Assembly (NCBI GenBank): GCA_965203325.1 | Contig: OZ241875.1 | Span: forward strand, 1,952,001 to 2,016,000 | Direction: 5' to 3' | From: a bacterium | GTDB taxonomy: Bacteria; UBA8248 | DNA: 64,000 bases | Shown: piece after piece, positions 21,362 through 31,339 of the stretch | Numbering within the stretch: position 1 is the first letter of the stretch | How the letters are laid out: each line of letters starts with the position of its first letter | Translations under genes and position numbers: made by a program | The notes under the pieces: generated by a model | The model's input: only the letters and a program-made list of their open reading frames with translations | Databases searched by the model: none | What the model was told of the DNA's origin: nothing

Positions 21362-21857
21362 GTGATAAAACCTCGTAGGTTTCGCCCGCGCATCTTTCGT
21401 TTAGCTTCTTATTAATTCCAATATGGGAATCATAGACGCGCTTAGATAATTCATAGCCTCGTTTTTGCAAAAAATCTATATTAGAAATAATATTGGGAAT
21501 TTCCTCCCCTCTCTGAAAATTTGTCCATGCCTGACGCCATTCATTCTTGAGTTGTTCAACCTCAAGGCTCATAGAAGATAGAAATCTTGCTTTATCGCGA
21601 AAATCGAAACATACATCTAAAACAATTCCTATTACTATTCCTATCGACAAAAGAAACTGCGCTACCCACGGCCCATCTTGGAATAAATTGATTGTTCCGA
21701 AAATAGAAAGGAATGCTATCCCGATACGAACACCCATACCTATCCTCTGGTTTCTAATCGCTAGGTAAAGGTAGTAGCGATATTCTCTTTCTGCATCGAG
21801 CAAGGCATACCATATTTGATTTTCAATTTCCTCGCGATGGGCGTGATAGTTATTCAT
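21318..21857 (-). CDS. Two-TM membrane protein, SLATT-like architecture
   Basis: N-terminal helix, two hydrophobic segments, then a helical C-terminal region (FDFRDKARFLSS..EQLKNEW). Confidence 0.55.
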   Translation of the reverse strand: MNNYHAHREEIENQIWYALLDAEREYRYYLYLAIRNQRIGMGVRIGIAFLSIFGTINLFQDGPWVAQFLLSIGIVIGIVLDVCFDFRDKARFLSSMSLEVEQLKNEWRQAWTNFQRGEEIPNIISNIDFLQKRGYELSKRVYDSHIGINKKLNERCAGETYEVLSHEFDFPYPTTTTES

Positions 21858-21923
21858 CTCCCCTGATCCTCCAAAAGCGTCAAGAATTAACTTTTGGATA
21901 CTATCATCTAAGCGAATTCCACT

Positions 21924-22076
21924 CTATTTTGCGTCAGGCTCAAAGACGATATTCGTGGGCTGTAGGATAGCTTTTGCTAACTCCTCCGGCGTGGCAGGAA
22001 TCTTTATCTCCTCCTCAAGTTCCTTCTTCGACGGCTGATAGTCCGTAGGTTTTAGTCTCAGGGTTCGCTTCTTCAT
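21924..22076 (-). CDS. 50-aa hypothetical protein next to the IS1595 remnant
   Basis: Read manually: MKKRTLRLKPTDYQPSKKELEEEIKIPATPEELAKAILQPTNIVFEPDAK; AGGA upstream. Confidence 0.55.
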   Translation of the reverse strand: MKKRTLRLKPTDYQPSKKELEEEIKIPATPEELAKAILQPTNIVFEPDAK

Positions 22077-22252
22077 TTTCCTACACCCTCAAGTCTAAAT
22101 ATACTTAGTTGGTATCACGATGTAAATCCGGGTCTAATTAGAGAGTCATCGTTGAGAGACTCACCCGTCAGTCCGTCGGGTCTCTCGCTGAATACAAGAG
22201 CCTGTATCACGCCGGAGGTCGCTCCTCTCGCTAAGGTGAATAGGCGAGTCTC

Positions 22253-22394
22253 ACTCCGAGCAGTAGACTAACCTGCCGGGCCAGCGGATTTCCTCGAACC
22301 ACTTCCGCGCCGTCTCGTCGGCCGGGAACTTTTCCATGATTTCGATGAGAGAAATACCTTAACGGAAGGCTTTACTGGGGGCCTTTTGTACCAT
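22253..22394 (-). pseudogene. IS1595-family transposase N-terminal remnant
   Basis: MVQKAPSKAFR*GISLIEIMEKFPADETARKWFEEIRWPG..C resembles the IS1595 N-terminus (F..E..AR.WFE..RWP.G..CP.C); GGAGG RBS; internal stop. Confidence 0.7.
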
Positions 22395-22441
22395 CTTTCT
22401 GATTCCTCCAAGAGGGTTAAATCTTGAAGGAATTATAGCTG

Positions 22442-22693
22442 TCAGATCATCCCGCCGACGAAACCCTGCCTGCGGGTCCTGGCGACCGGCTCGACATGCG
22501 CCTCCCTACGGCGGCATTCCCGGCAGCGCAGGAGAGGCTCCAAATCTTCCACTCGCATTCCGCGGTGCACTTTTTCCGTCTCGGGACGGGCCAGTATCTC
22601 GGCGGGTTCCAGGGTCTTCTCCCGTCCGCAGGCCTTGCACCTCACGATGAAATACCAGTCTCCCCCAGCGTAATCGCCCAGAAGGAGCGCCAT
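22442..22693 (-). CDS. Small CxxC...CxxC zinc-binding protein coupled to the Y-family polymerase
   Basis: ATG overlaps the polymerase stop (TAATG); RCKACG...RCRECR. Confidence 0.65.
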   Translation of the reverse strand: MALLLGDYAGGDWYFIVRCKACGREKTLEPAEILARPETEKVHRGMRVEDLEPLLRCRECRRREAHVEPVARTRRQGFVGGMI

Positions 22694-23931
22694 TACTGGA
22701 AATCCTCCAGCCGGGGAATGCGGCCGTAGGCGATCTTCGCCCCCGCGTAGCCGCCCGGAGGAGCGCACCCGCCGTAGCCCACGAGGGTGCGCGCATAGCG
22801 GCCGTTGATCGAATCGACAGCGGCGTTCAGCCTCGCCAGCCGGCGCTTCTCGTCCGGGTTCTCAAAAGGCAGTTCGAGCTGCCCTTCATCCGAGGGGATG
22901 AACCTGTCGAACGAGACGGCGATCCGGAACAGCGTGGCCCGGCCCCGCGCCCTGGCGAGCGCGGCCCATATCACAGAGAGGGTGTCCAGGCAGGTCAGAT
23001 CGTCGTTCGCTCTCGCGACGATCGTCGAGGCCGTCCAGGCGGGCGCATTGAAAAAGTCGGCCGAGAGGATGAGCCTCCGGGCGAGGAGCCCCTCCCGGCG
23101 CAGGCGCCGGGCCGCCTTCACCACCAGTTGCCTGGCCATCGGCCGGGCGAGTTGCACGCTGCGCTCCCCTGGTGGCAGGACCCGGCTGTGGCCGATCGAG
23201 CCGCGCTTCGTCACCGGCGGTTCCACGGCGTAGCCGTGCAGCGCATACCAGAAGCGCGCGCCGTTCACGTTTCCCCACAGGGAGCGCAACCGCCCGGGGC
23301 TGGCGTTCCAGACGTCCTCGACCGTCGTCATCCCGCCCCGCTTCAAGCGAGCGCGCATGCGCCCCCCCACCCCGGGCAGCGCGTCCAGCCCGAGGTCGAG
23401 CAGCGGACCCGGCAGATCGCCCGGATACAGCACCGTCAGGCCGTCGGGCTTGTCCAGATCGGCGGCGATCTTGGCGAGCCACCTGTTGGGCGCGCAGCCG
23501 ATGGAGCAGGTGATGCGCCCTCCCACGGCCCTCCGTATGCGGCGCTTGATCCTTCCGGCGACCTCTTCGGGACGGTCCCGCTCCCCCAGAACGGCGGCCA
23601 GCTCGTCGATCGAGCAGACGACGTCGACCGGCAATACGGAGAGCACCGCGGCCACGACCCGGTGGTGGATCCGGACGTAGTGGTCCGGGCGCTGCGGCGC
23701 GAGCGTTATCCGGGGGCACAGCCGGCGGGCTTCGGCGATCGCGGTCCCGGTCGTGACGCCGAACCGCTTGGCCGCGGCGTTCGCGGCGATCACGCAGCTG
23801 TTGCGCGCCCCCGCAAACGGTATGACGCCGACGGGACGGCCGTGCAGGCCGGGGTCCGCCTGCTCCTCGCAGGACGCGAAAAAGCCGTCGAAATCGATAT
23901 AGAGCCGCTTCGGTCTGGTTGGTCGTCGCAT
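22693..23931 (-). CDS. Y-family (DinB/UmuC-like) translesion DNA polymerase
   Basis: LYIDFDGFFASCE, AKRFGV, CSIDE, NRWLAKIAADLDKPDGL; catalytic acidic residues intact. Confidence 0.92.
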   Translation of the reverse strand: MRRPTRPKRLYIDFDGFFASCEEQADPGLHGRPVGVIPFAGARNSCVIAANAAAKRFGVTTGTAIAEARRLCPRITLAPQRPDHYVRIHHRVVAAVLSVLPVDVVCSIDELAAVLGERDRPEEVAGRIKRRIRRAVGGRITCSIGCAPNRWLAKIAADLDKPDGLTVLYPGDLPGPLLDLGLDALPGVGGRMRARLKRGGMTTVEDVWNASPGRLRSLWGNVNGARFWYALHGYAVEPPVTKRGSIGHSRVLPPGERSVQLARPMARQLVVKAARRLRREGLLARRLILSADFFNAPAWTASTIVARANDDLTCLDTLSVIWAALARARGRATLFRIAVSFDRFIPSDEGQLELPFENPDEKRRLARLNAAVDSINGRYARTLVGYGGCAPPGGYAGAKIAYGRIPRLEDFQ

Positions 23932-24015
23932 GGCGGACTCAGGAGAATAAAGAGCGAAAATATCACAGAAAGAGCGGCCCATGCAAGACGAAAATCGACC
24001 GGGCGCGAAGGGCGT

Positions 24016-24137
24016 TCGCGCGGCGCCGGCGTCATCGCACGACGGCGGGCTATGCGCATCTCGCCGACGGGCATCTCGTCGAGGCCGCGGAGAAGGTCGG
24101 AAATATTATTGCTCTGGCGATGAATGGTATACAATAA
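24016..24137 (+). pseudogene. C-terminal fragment of a tyrosine integrase
   Basis: TTAGYAHLADGHLVEAAEKVGNIIALAM, compared with TTARYAHLARDTVREAAERIAQSIA in integrase 2. Confidence 0.7.
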
Positions 24138-24236
24138 CCGACTCACCGACTAATGGTGAGTCAGTAGGAACAGATCGAATTAATCATACCCCAAGATGAG
24201 TCCCAGAGATTCGGGGCGAAGGAGGATTCGAAGCGC

Positions 24237-26009
24237 ATGAGGGGCAAAGCGATCAACCTGTTCATGTGGGGTTATCAACCACACTATCGGATCTGTTTTG
24301 AGTCCCTCATGAACAACGTTTTGAAAGAGTTGGGTGTCCCCGGTCCTGGCGTTGATTGTCTCCTTGTCGGGGCGAAAATCCCTGGTCGCCAGAATCCGAA
24401 CGACATATGTGTTGAGCCGGAAGATGGGAAGTGGCCCGTAGACCTTTTCGACGGACTGCTCGATCTGATTGAGGCAGAGGTCACCGATCATCCATTGCAA
24501 AAAATGTTTTACACTGACGAGCCGAGCATGCGGGACAAGCCCGAGAATATCCGTCGAGACTCTGTCCGTATAGCCGTTCAGAATACGCTGGATGTGCACG
24601 ATTCAGAACATGGTGTTCATTCATTTGCAGGTAGACCTGCTCCGGTAAATGACCACTATGTTGTGCCTGTGCTCCAGCTTCCGAACGAACTGTCCAAACG
24701 CTTTCGTCCACTTCGCGAGCCCATCTCGGATGGCCATTTTACCGGTCACGCAAGCCTGATTCATGCTGCCGTTTCCGCTGTGTTGACAGAGGCTCACGAT
24801 GAACTGCTCCGTCCAGACCCTGGTCGTAACCTTTCCGGGTCGTCACGTTCATCAGAAGAGGTTGCTCGTCGAGCGGCAGCATCGTTCATGTATACACCTG
24901 GAATAGCCATCGGAGATAGGAGCTTGGGAAACCGGAATCTTTTTGAGCGATTCAATTCGATTTCGTCGTTGATGTACGAAGGAACAAAGGGAACGGGCCG
25001 ATTGCTATTGGCTAATCCTGAAAGTGGGTCCGTAGACTTTCTTATCAAGTTCGCCGAACCTGTTCCCTTTCGTGAACCCCGCTGGTCACGCAAGGTATTG
25101 CAGATGGCGTCACCCGAGACCCCACTCATCGCCGACTGCGAAAAAATCTTCGGCTTGGGTAACGTCGCCGCAGGCGTCGACCCTTGGACGAGTCAGGACG
25201 TTTTCGAAATCGAGTTCCTCGATCACTACCATTGGCGCTTATCGTGCGGCGGCGAGGCAATGCTCATCAGCAGGTACGGCGTTCCATCACTGCCTCAGGA
25301 AAAATTTCCCCAAGACCACCTATTGGACACTTATCAGAGACTCTTTCCTGAGGCTGGAGAGGAAGATATTGCTCGGTTCGCTTCACTCTTCAAAGCAGCG
25401 GCCGAACAACGACACGGAAGCATGTTGATCGTGGCGAAGGACGCTGAGTCCGAAGCCGAACGTCTTGCGGGTCAGGGGGCGAAGATTGAGCCTACAATAC
25501 TCACTCCGGGCCTTTACCGCCAAGTCAGTGGTATAGACGGCACAATTATGATTGACCCCCACGGCGTCTGCCACGCAATTGGCGTAATTCTCGATGGTCC
25601 GGCTAGACCAGAATGCACTCCGGCACGCGGCGCGCGCTACAACTCGGGTGTTCGGTATGTTCATTCCGCAGATACTCCCCGACTTGCTGTTGTCATCTCC
25701 GATGACCAGACCGTGGATGTGATCCCGGAGTGGCGTCCTCGAATTAAGCGCTCGGCTTTGGAAAAAGCTTTAGCAGAACTAGAGACCTCGACTGCAGACG
25801 ACTATCACTCGGCAATTAACTGGTTGGACAATCATCGGTTCCACCTCAACCAGGAACAATGCAATCGCATCAACGTGGCTCTCAAGAGAATTAAAGAGGA
25901 GCCGAAGGAAGTTGGCGAACTCAGGAGAGAGTGGCCAGAGTTTTCGCCAGATCCCGGCCTCGATGACAGCTATTTCGAAAATGAAGAATCCGAACCAACT
26001 TCTTCGTAG
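24237..26009 (+). CDS. Diadenylate cyclase (DisA_N/DAC) domain protein with long N-terminal region
   Basis: HGSMLIV...IDGTIMIDPHGVCHAIGVILDG...RGARYNS...VVISDD: DAC-fold signature with variant DGA and RHR motifs. Confidence 0.8.
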   Translation: MRGKAINLFMWGYQPHYRICFESLMNNVLKELGVPGPGVDCLLVGAKIPGRQNPNDICVEPEDGKWPVDLFDGLLDLIEAEVTDHPLQKMFYTDEPSMRDKPENIRRDSVRIAVQNTLDVHDSEHGVHSFAGRPAPVNDHYVVPVLQLPNELSKRFRPLREPISDGHFTGHASLIHAAVSAVLTEAHDELLRPDPGRNLSGSSRSSEEVARRAAASFMYTPGIAIGDRSLGNRNLFERFNSISSLMYEGTKGTGRLLLANPESGSVDFLIKFAEPVPFREPRWSRKVLQMASPETPLIADCEKIFGLGNVAAGVDPWTSQDVFEIEFLDHYHWRLSCGGEAMLISRYGVPSLPQEKFPQDHLLDTYQRLFPEAGEEDIARFASLFKAAAEQRHGSMLIVAKDAESEAERLAGQGAKIEPTILTPGLYRQVSGIDGTIMIDPHGVCHAIGVILDGPARPECTPARGARYNSGVRYVHSADTPRLAVVISDDQTVDVIPEWRPRIKRSALEKALAELETSTADDYHSAINWLDNHRFHLNQEQCNRINVALKRIKEEPKEVGELRREWPEFSPDPGLDDSYFENEESEPTSS

Positions 26010-26236
26010 CGCAGTGGACGCAGGTGCGATCCGCTACGATTTGCGCATCCTGTACCAGTCTATTTCGTCATGAAGGTCGAGAAGCCTCGTAAAAGGGAAA
26101 AGTATTGACTGAGCCTCTTTATGCGCATTTCGTCAAAGCATCAATCGAATGGTGATCGACTTCGGGAAACAGTTCCCCGTCCGCCGTGCCGGCGTGGCCG
26201 GGGGAAGGCTCACTAGAAAGGGCGAGAAGCGACCAC

Positions 26237-26500
26237 GCGGAACTCGTGACCGACGACGCAAAGGCGTTGCGCGAGCGGCTCGAAACGGCCACAGGCGAAC
26301 GGGTATCGGCCCTTGAGAGGATTGGAGAGGTCGCACGGGAGGCGCCCGGAGGGGAGAAGATGGAGTCGAAGGATGCGGAACCGGAGGCCGGAAAGGATGC
26401 AGGGCGTGGGGAGGAACCACCCGAATCGGGTAAAGAGCGAATGCAGGAGCCCGAGAAGGCATCGGAGCCGAAACGGGTCGAGCGCGAACTCAGGCTCTAG
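26237..26500 (+). pseudogene. Duplicated 3' end of the relaxase gene
   Basis: 26237-26400 is a near-identical direct repeat of 20592-20755 (AELVTDDAKALRERLET.TGERVSALE.IGE.AREAPGGEK). Confidence 0.88.
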
Positions 26501-27013
26501 GGTCTGAAAACTTCCCTGGCGGTGCGGTAGATTCGGCGATCGGACTGGTTCGGACGAGCGAGGCTGGCCGCCGCCGGCCGATTCCGTGCCTGATTTTCAA
26601 GCAACCTTTCAATGAGGATAAATCATCCATACCGCCTATGGATGTTTACGGTCATCCCGAATTGCCGGTTTGCCAGGGACATGAATCGGATGAGATTGAA
26701 GAAATCCTGAACGATGAAAGCTTTCTCGATAATCAAGCCGAGCTCCTGCCGGGATTGACAGGCGCATGTAATGATACACAAAGTGTTGATACGGGTCGGT
26801 CAGGTTCTTTGCTGACGGGCAAAAACAGAGCGACGCGTGGATTGCCGGAGCAGGCGTGACATCAATCTGTTACGGACATCGACGGATGCAGTGACTATGC
26901 GAAATACGTAACGGGTCGATTGCCTGGATCCATGTATTGCGGTATGTACAGAAGACCTGTCGGTGTTTCCTGGCGTCGAATGTATGATTGATCTGTGTGG
27001 GAATGGAAGATTC

Positions 27014-27418
27014 ATGAAGATCCCGGATCAGTTAGGCAAAAGACCTTCGATGTCAGCCACCGAGCTCAACGAACTCGCGGAAAGAGCATCCTATGTCGGG
27101 AGTCCGGAACATAAATTGAAGGGATGGTGGGGTGGACTGCCCGGGCTTCGGAGACGTCGGGGTGGCAGGTTGCAACGGCCGAAAAAACAACACACGACCC
27201 CTTGCCCGTTGCACACGGCCGAAGATCAGATAATAGCCACGGGTTGGGTTCGTGAGGCCATCAGGCAAAAGCATTTTGAGTACGTGGAAGGCGATCAGGA
27301 TTTCCCGAAAAAGCTATGGCATGTTGACGATGAAGGTCGCAAGTGGCGGGGTACCTGCACAAACAAAATAACCGGTGAATATAAGGGTTGGCCTGAAAAC
27401 GAGGTTGAGACGTTATGA
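27014..27418 (+). CDS. Hypothetical protein, possible nuclease toxin, first gene of a coupled pair
   Basis: YVGSPEHK...CP...FPKKLW...GEYKGWP; ATGA overlap with the next gene. Confidence 0.6.
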   Translation: MKIPDQLGKRPSMSATELNELAERASYVGSPEHKLKGWWGGLPGLRRRRGGRLQRPKKQHTTPCPLHTAEDQIIATGWVREAIRQKHFEYVEGDQDFPKKLWHVDDEGRKWRGTCTNKITGEYKGWPENEVETL

Positions 27419-28683
27419 AGTTTGCTGTCGATTGGCATGAACTTGCCGAAAACTCAGCGCCCGAGGAAAGGGCTACAGTTGCGGACCTTCGGGTATCTGT
27501 CCGGGAAGCGAACATCTGTGATCACCTGTTCGGCGACGAGCTCGAGCTTACCGATCATGTGACCGTGTCGGTGTATCCCATGGCTGAGGGGATTGCGCTG
27601 GACTGGTGGAACATATTCGGGAGACGCAAGGACAAATACAAGTTAATCAGGCGCAGGGGTGGATACGTCATTCCAGATATTTTCATGCACTATGACGGCG
27701 CAGCGTTCGAGTTCGGTTGTGATGAGCACCATGATCACAATGCATTTGTCTGGTTTCCGTGTGAAGAGAGTGAAATTCTGCAGAGAGGTCATGCGGAAAA
27801 GGAATTGACCGGCTTTATAGAAAAAATACTGAAGCGTTTGGACGACGAAGGTATCAGCGAAAGTGGTTTGCAATTGCGTTGGAAACGCGTTCGAGCGTCA
27901 CTTGAGAATCCGGACGAAGTGGCTTTTTGCGAGGCGGCCGGCGCATTGCGCCTGGACCCTTACAATTTGTCCGAGAGTGATGCGAAATTCATCTTGAAAG
28001 CGAACGACTTCTTTCAGGGTGAGCCTTTAGCGGAATTTTTGTCGGCGCTGCATGGTCCGGGTGCGACAGACGCATTAGACTGGATTGAGACAGTCGAACG
28101 ACGACCACGTTATCGGTCACGACTACCAGTGGCGAAGCATTTGCAGGATGCACTTTCGTCGTTTCGTGCAATTCGGGAAGGTGAGAGAGCTTGGGCAAGA
28201 GGATATAGGTGTGCCAGGGCCGCGCGTCGAGAACTGAATCTCAAGGAAAGCGACCGTTTAGCTTCCGGGGAGGAACTCGCTGACCGTCTTAAGGCGCCAA
28301 AATTTGAATCAGCGTCGACATTTCGAGGGCTGCGTGCTCTCGTAAATTCGAGAGACGATAGTGTCGACATACACCTTTCTGACACCGTTCCACAGCAAGG
28401 TAAGACTGCGTGGCTGTTCGGCTTCGGACGAGCTCTCGGTGAAGTGGTTGCGAATCAACCTGCGCCAAGAGCTGTTGTCAATGACCTCCGGGACGCGTCT
28501 CGGCAGGCAGCCAACCGAGCCTTTGCTGCGGAGTTTCTTGCTCCGGTCAACGAAATTCTTGCCATGCACGAAGATTCGATGGACATTAGCGCAATTGCGG
28601 TAGAGTTCGGAGTTTCGGATCAGGTCATAGAGCGCCAACTTGAGAACTCTCATAACATTAAGTGGGCGTGCAGTACTGGATGA
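27415..28683 (+). CDS. ImmA/IrrE-like protein lacking HExxH
   Basis: C-terminal QAANRAFAAEFLAP plus HTH-like IAVEFGVSDQVIERQLEN; FGRALGE where HELGH is expected. Confidence 0.65.
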   Translation: MKFAVDWHELAENSAPEERATVADLRVSVREANICDHLFGDELELTDHVTVSVYPMAEGIALDWWNIFGRRKDKYKLIRRRGGYVIPDIFMHYDGAAFEFGCDEHHDHNAFVWFPCEESEILQRGHAEKELTGFIEKILKRLDDEGISESGLQLRWKRVRASLENPDEVAFCEAAGALRLDPYNLSESDAKFILKANDFFQGEPLAEFLSALHGPGATDALDWIETVERRPRYRSRLPVAKHLQDALSSFRAIREGERAWARGYRCARAARRELNLKESDRLASGEELADRLKAPKFESASTFRGLRALVNSRDDSVDIHLSDTVPQQGKTAWLFGFGRALGEVVANQPAPRAVVNDLRDASRQAANRAFAAEFLAPVNEILAMHEDSMDISAIAVEFGVSDQVIERQLENSHNIKWACSTG

Positions 28684-28773
28684 GATGGAGTGGGAGAATA
28701 CCCACACCTGCATAGAGCATTGATGTTGCCTTGAGCTGGAGCAGGATTAAAACCGTACTGACAAGCCGAAGAG

Positions 28774-29290
28774 ATGCTAGCTAAGCTTTATGATAACGGT
28801 CATGACAGAACGATAAGTCAATCCTTTGACAAGTTCCACGCAATCCTCGGTGCTTCTAACGCAAAGTTCATGCTCGCATACATGGCCGAAATCAACTTAG
28901 GGGTAAACGGACGGGAATGTAACAAGCTCCGTATTGCGGACGGTATCGAAGTAATAGAGAGAGCCGTTAATGGCGGGTTGTTTTCGCCAGGGTCTTTGCT
29001 TTACTGTGTTGGCAATGGCTGGCTCGCCTTGGAGGAGTACGAAAAGGCAAGGGACGCCTATAATTTCGCTTTGGTCCTTCTAGATTCAAGCCAACGCATC
29101 AAATGTCGCGGCCCCATGCTGCAAGAATCTTGGAACAGCACTGGAAAAGCTGGACAAACCGGAAGCGGCTTACGCTACCTACACCCAGGCACTGGCACTG
29201 GACCCCAACCTTCCTGAAGCACATTTCGCACTTGCTCTCTGGTACAATCGCAATAGTACGGACCTTGGTCGTGCCCTAGAACATCAGCTA
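28774..29290 (+). pseudogene. Frameshifted TPR-repeat protein fragment
   Basis: LLYCVGNGWLALEEYEKARDAYNFAL, then in another frame CCKNLGTALEKLDKPEAAYATYTQALALDPNLPEAHFALA. Confidence 0.6.
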
Positions 29291-29503
29291 TCGTCGAAGT
29301 TCCGGAATGACCTCCCAATGCTTCGAACTTAGACTGTAATTGAGAAGAGTTTTTTCTTGAGGATTCGCATGTGGTTCATAGGGTGTCGGAGTCAACGCGG
29401 ATGGGTTACCGATTTAGCGGAGTGTCTAGCCCGCGAGGAACGGGGCGTGTATCGGAGGATGTGAACTCTCGCAATCCGAGAGGCTACCACCCTTCCCACT
29501 GAC

Positions 29504-30568
29504 TTGAGGACCGTAATGCAGTTTGGATTTGTCAGTAGGCTCTACAGGCATCCAGAGGACGAAATTTCCCTTCGCGATGTCTGGGGCATCGACGACGTTG
29601 AACTTAACGCTGAAGCCCAACTTGCCTGGAAGTACCTTCAGGACGGCGGCGAACTTGCCGAATTGCATCGCCGCGTCGCCTGGCTGTCCCAGGCCATCAT
29701 CGAATTTACGGACCTTATGGACTTTAACCCTTCCCAAAGGGGACGTGTGCAACGTAAGAACTACCTGTATTTCGAAGCAGTCAGCGCAATGCGCGAAGCA
29801 ACCGTTGGGATGCTCAATGGATCGCCCAGGGCGTCAACGGGACTGTTGCGCTCCGTCCTCGAAATGTTTCTGCTTCATTGTTGGTGGCAGGTGCGCATGT
29901 CGCAGAAGAATTCAACCGCGAAATTCTACGATTGGCTGGAGGGAAACAAGAACAACCCGCGTTTCAGGGATGTGGTAAAGGGTAATTTCAAATGTCTCGG
30001 AATCCCCGGTGGCGACGATGCGCTCAATAAAGTGAATGACGTATACCGGCGGCTCTGCTCATATGTCCACGCACCGTTGCTGTCGGAATCAATGACGACC
30101 CTGGGTCAAGGTAATCTGCGTGACGTGTCGGCCCCGGTCCTGCGCCATTGGCTGGAACTGGCCCGGGACACGCTCCGTATTGCCCTGGAGCATCTTGTCC
30201 ATCTCAAGCCGCAATGCCTGTTTCCGGTCGACATACCCAGGAAGTTCGCTTTCAGACCGCCCGTTGGAATGTACTTTGACGCGTTCAATGTCGTTCCGCT
30301 CAAGGCCGTGTTCGGCGAACACCGAATCAAGGAGTATCGCGCGAGATTGAATGATCATGAAATCGTTCAAATGGTTATGGATGTATACAACTCCTGGCCG
30401 GACCAGACGATCGAACAGATACAGGAATGTTGGGATAATCAATGCGCCGCCGAGTTCGATAGCGAAGTTCCGGAGGATGTGGCGTCTCGCTGGTTCCTCG
30501 AAAAATCCAGAATGCGCGTCCTTTACATGATGCTATCCTATGCTAAGCCGCTGGGACCGCACTGGTGA
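29504..30568 (+). CDS. Hypothetical helical protein, possibly HEPN-like
   Basis: 354 aa; ASTGLLRSVLE and YRRLCSYVH resemble HEPN/DUF5677-type motifs; start codon uncertain. Confidence 0.5.
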   Translation: MRTVMQFGFVSRLYRHPEDEISLRDVWGIDDVELNAEAQLAWKYLQDGGELAELHRRVAWLSQAIIEFTDLMDFNPSQRGRVQRKNYLYFEAVSAMREATVGMLNGSPRASTGLLRSVLEMFLLHCWWQVRMSQKNSTAKFYDWLEGNKNNPRFRDVVKGNFKCLGIPGGDDALNKVNDVYRRLCSYVHAPLLSESMTTLGQGNLRDVSAPVLRHWLELARDTLRIALEHLVHLKPQCLFPVDIPRKFAFRPPVGMYFDAFNVVPLKAVFGEHRIKEYRARLNDHEIVQMVMDVYNSWPDQTIEQIQECWDNQCAAEFDSEVPEDVASRWFLEKSRMRVLYMMLSYAKPLGPHW

Positions 30569-31339
30569 GGAACGACAGCAGGTCCGACGGAACGGAAAGC
30601 ACAAGCGGGTGTTCGGGCTTGTTTCGACTGCGGCAGGCCCTCCCTCAACAGCCTACGGTTTCGAGACCGCCGTCTCCGAAAACTGTGCCGCTTTCAGCAC
30701 GGTGGGGTGGTATGCCGGATATGGATCGCGGCATTCCGCAATTGCGCACGATGCATCATCGTCCGAGGCACATGACGAAGAAAGACCGGTGCCACCCGGC
30801 TACCGCTACGAATAACACCTCCCGGGCATCGTTCGGCAGATGGGCCGCGAGATACACATTCGATTCCCCAATGGTACGGAACCCTGTGATCACGGTGTCG
30901 GAGACTGGTGCCGCGAGCCCGTTCGTTCTGCACGGACAAGCATCGTTCTGCAACGTTTTTCCACGCCGGACATTGTCTGTGGGGGTAGAAAAGCGCGATG
31001 ACCGAGACTAGGATATCTTCAAGAGGTTGCCCGGACCATGGGCTTAATTACGACTCGACCTTGGTCTCGTATTCATCCTGTCCGTCGATTATCTATTTCT
31101 CCTGTTCCGCACTGAACCAGGAGAACAGGAGTTACGGCGTCTTTGAGATTGCGTCCGTGACGATGACCATATGATAGTCATCGGCATTTGCTTAGAACCT
31201 GTCGTACTCGTTCAATCAGAACCCGACGAGGGTTTTAAACAAGACAGGCTTTTTATCTCGATTCTGAAACGTACCCTAGCGCCTAAGTGGAATGTGCTTT
31301 CGACATCAGGACACACCACCTGTGCACGCTCTAAGGGTG

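Noticed and set aside
30565..31330. Short ORFs after the HEPN-like gene
   Set aside because: No recognisable motifs or RBS; probably degenerate DNA.
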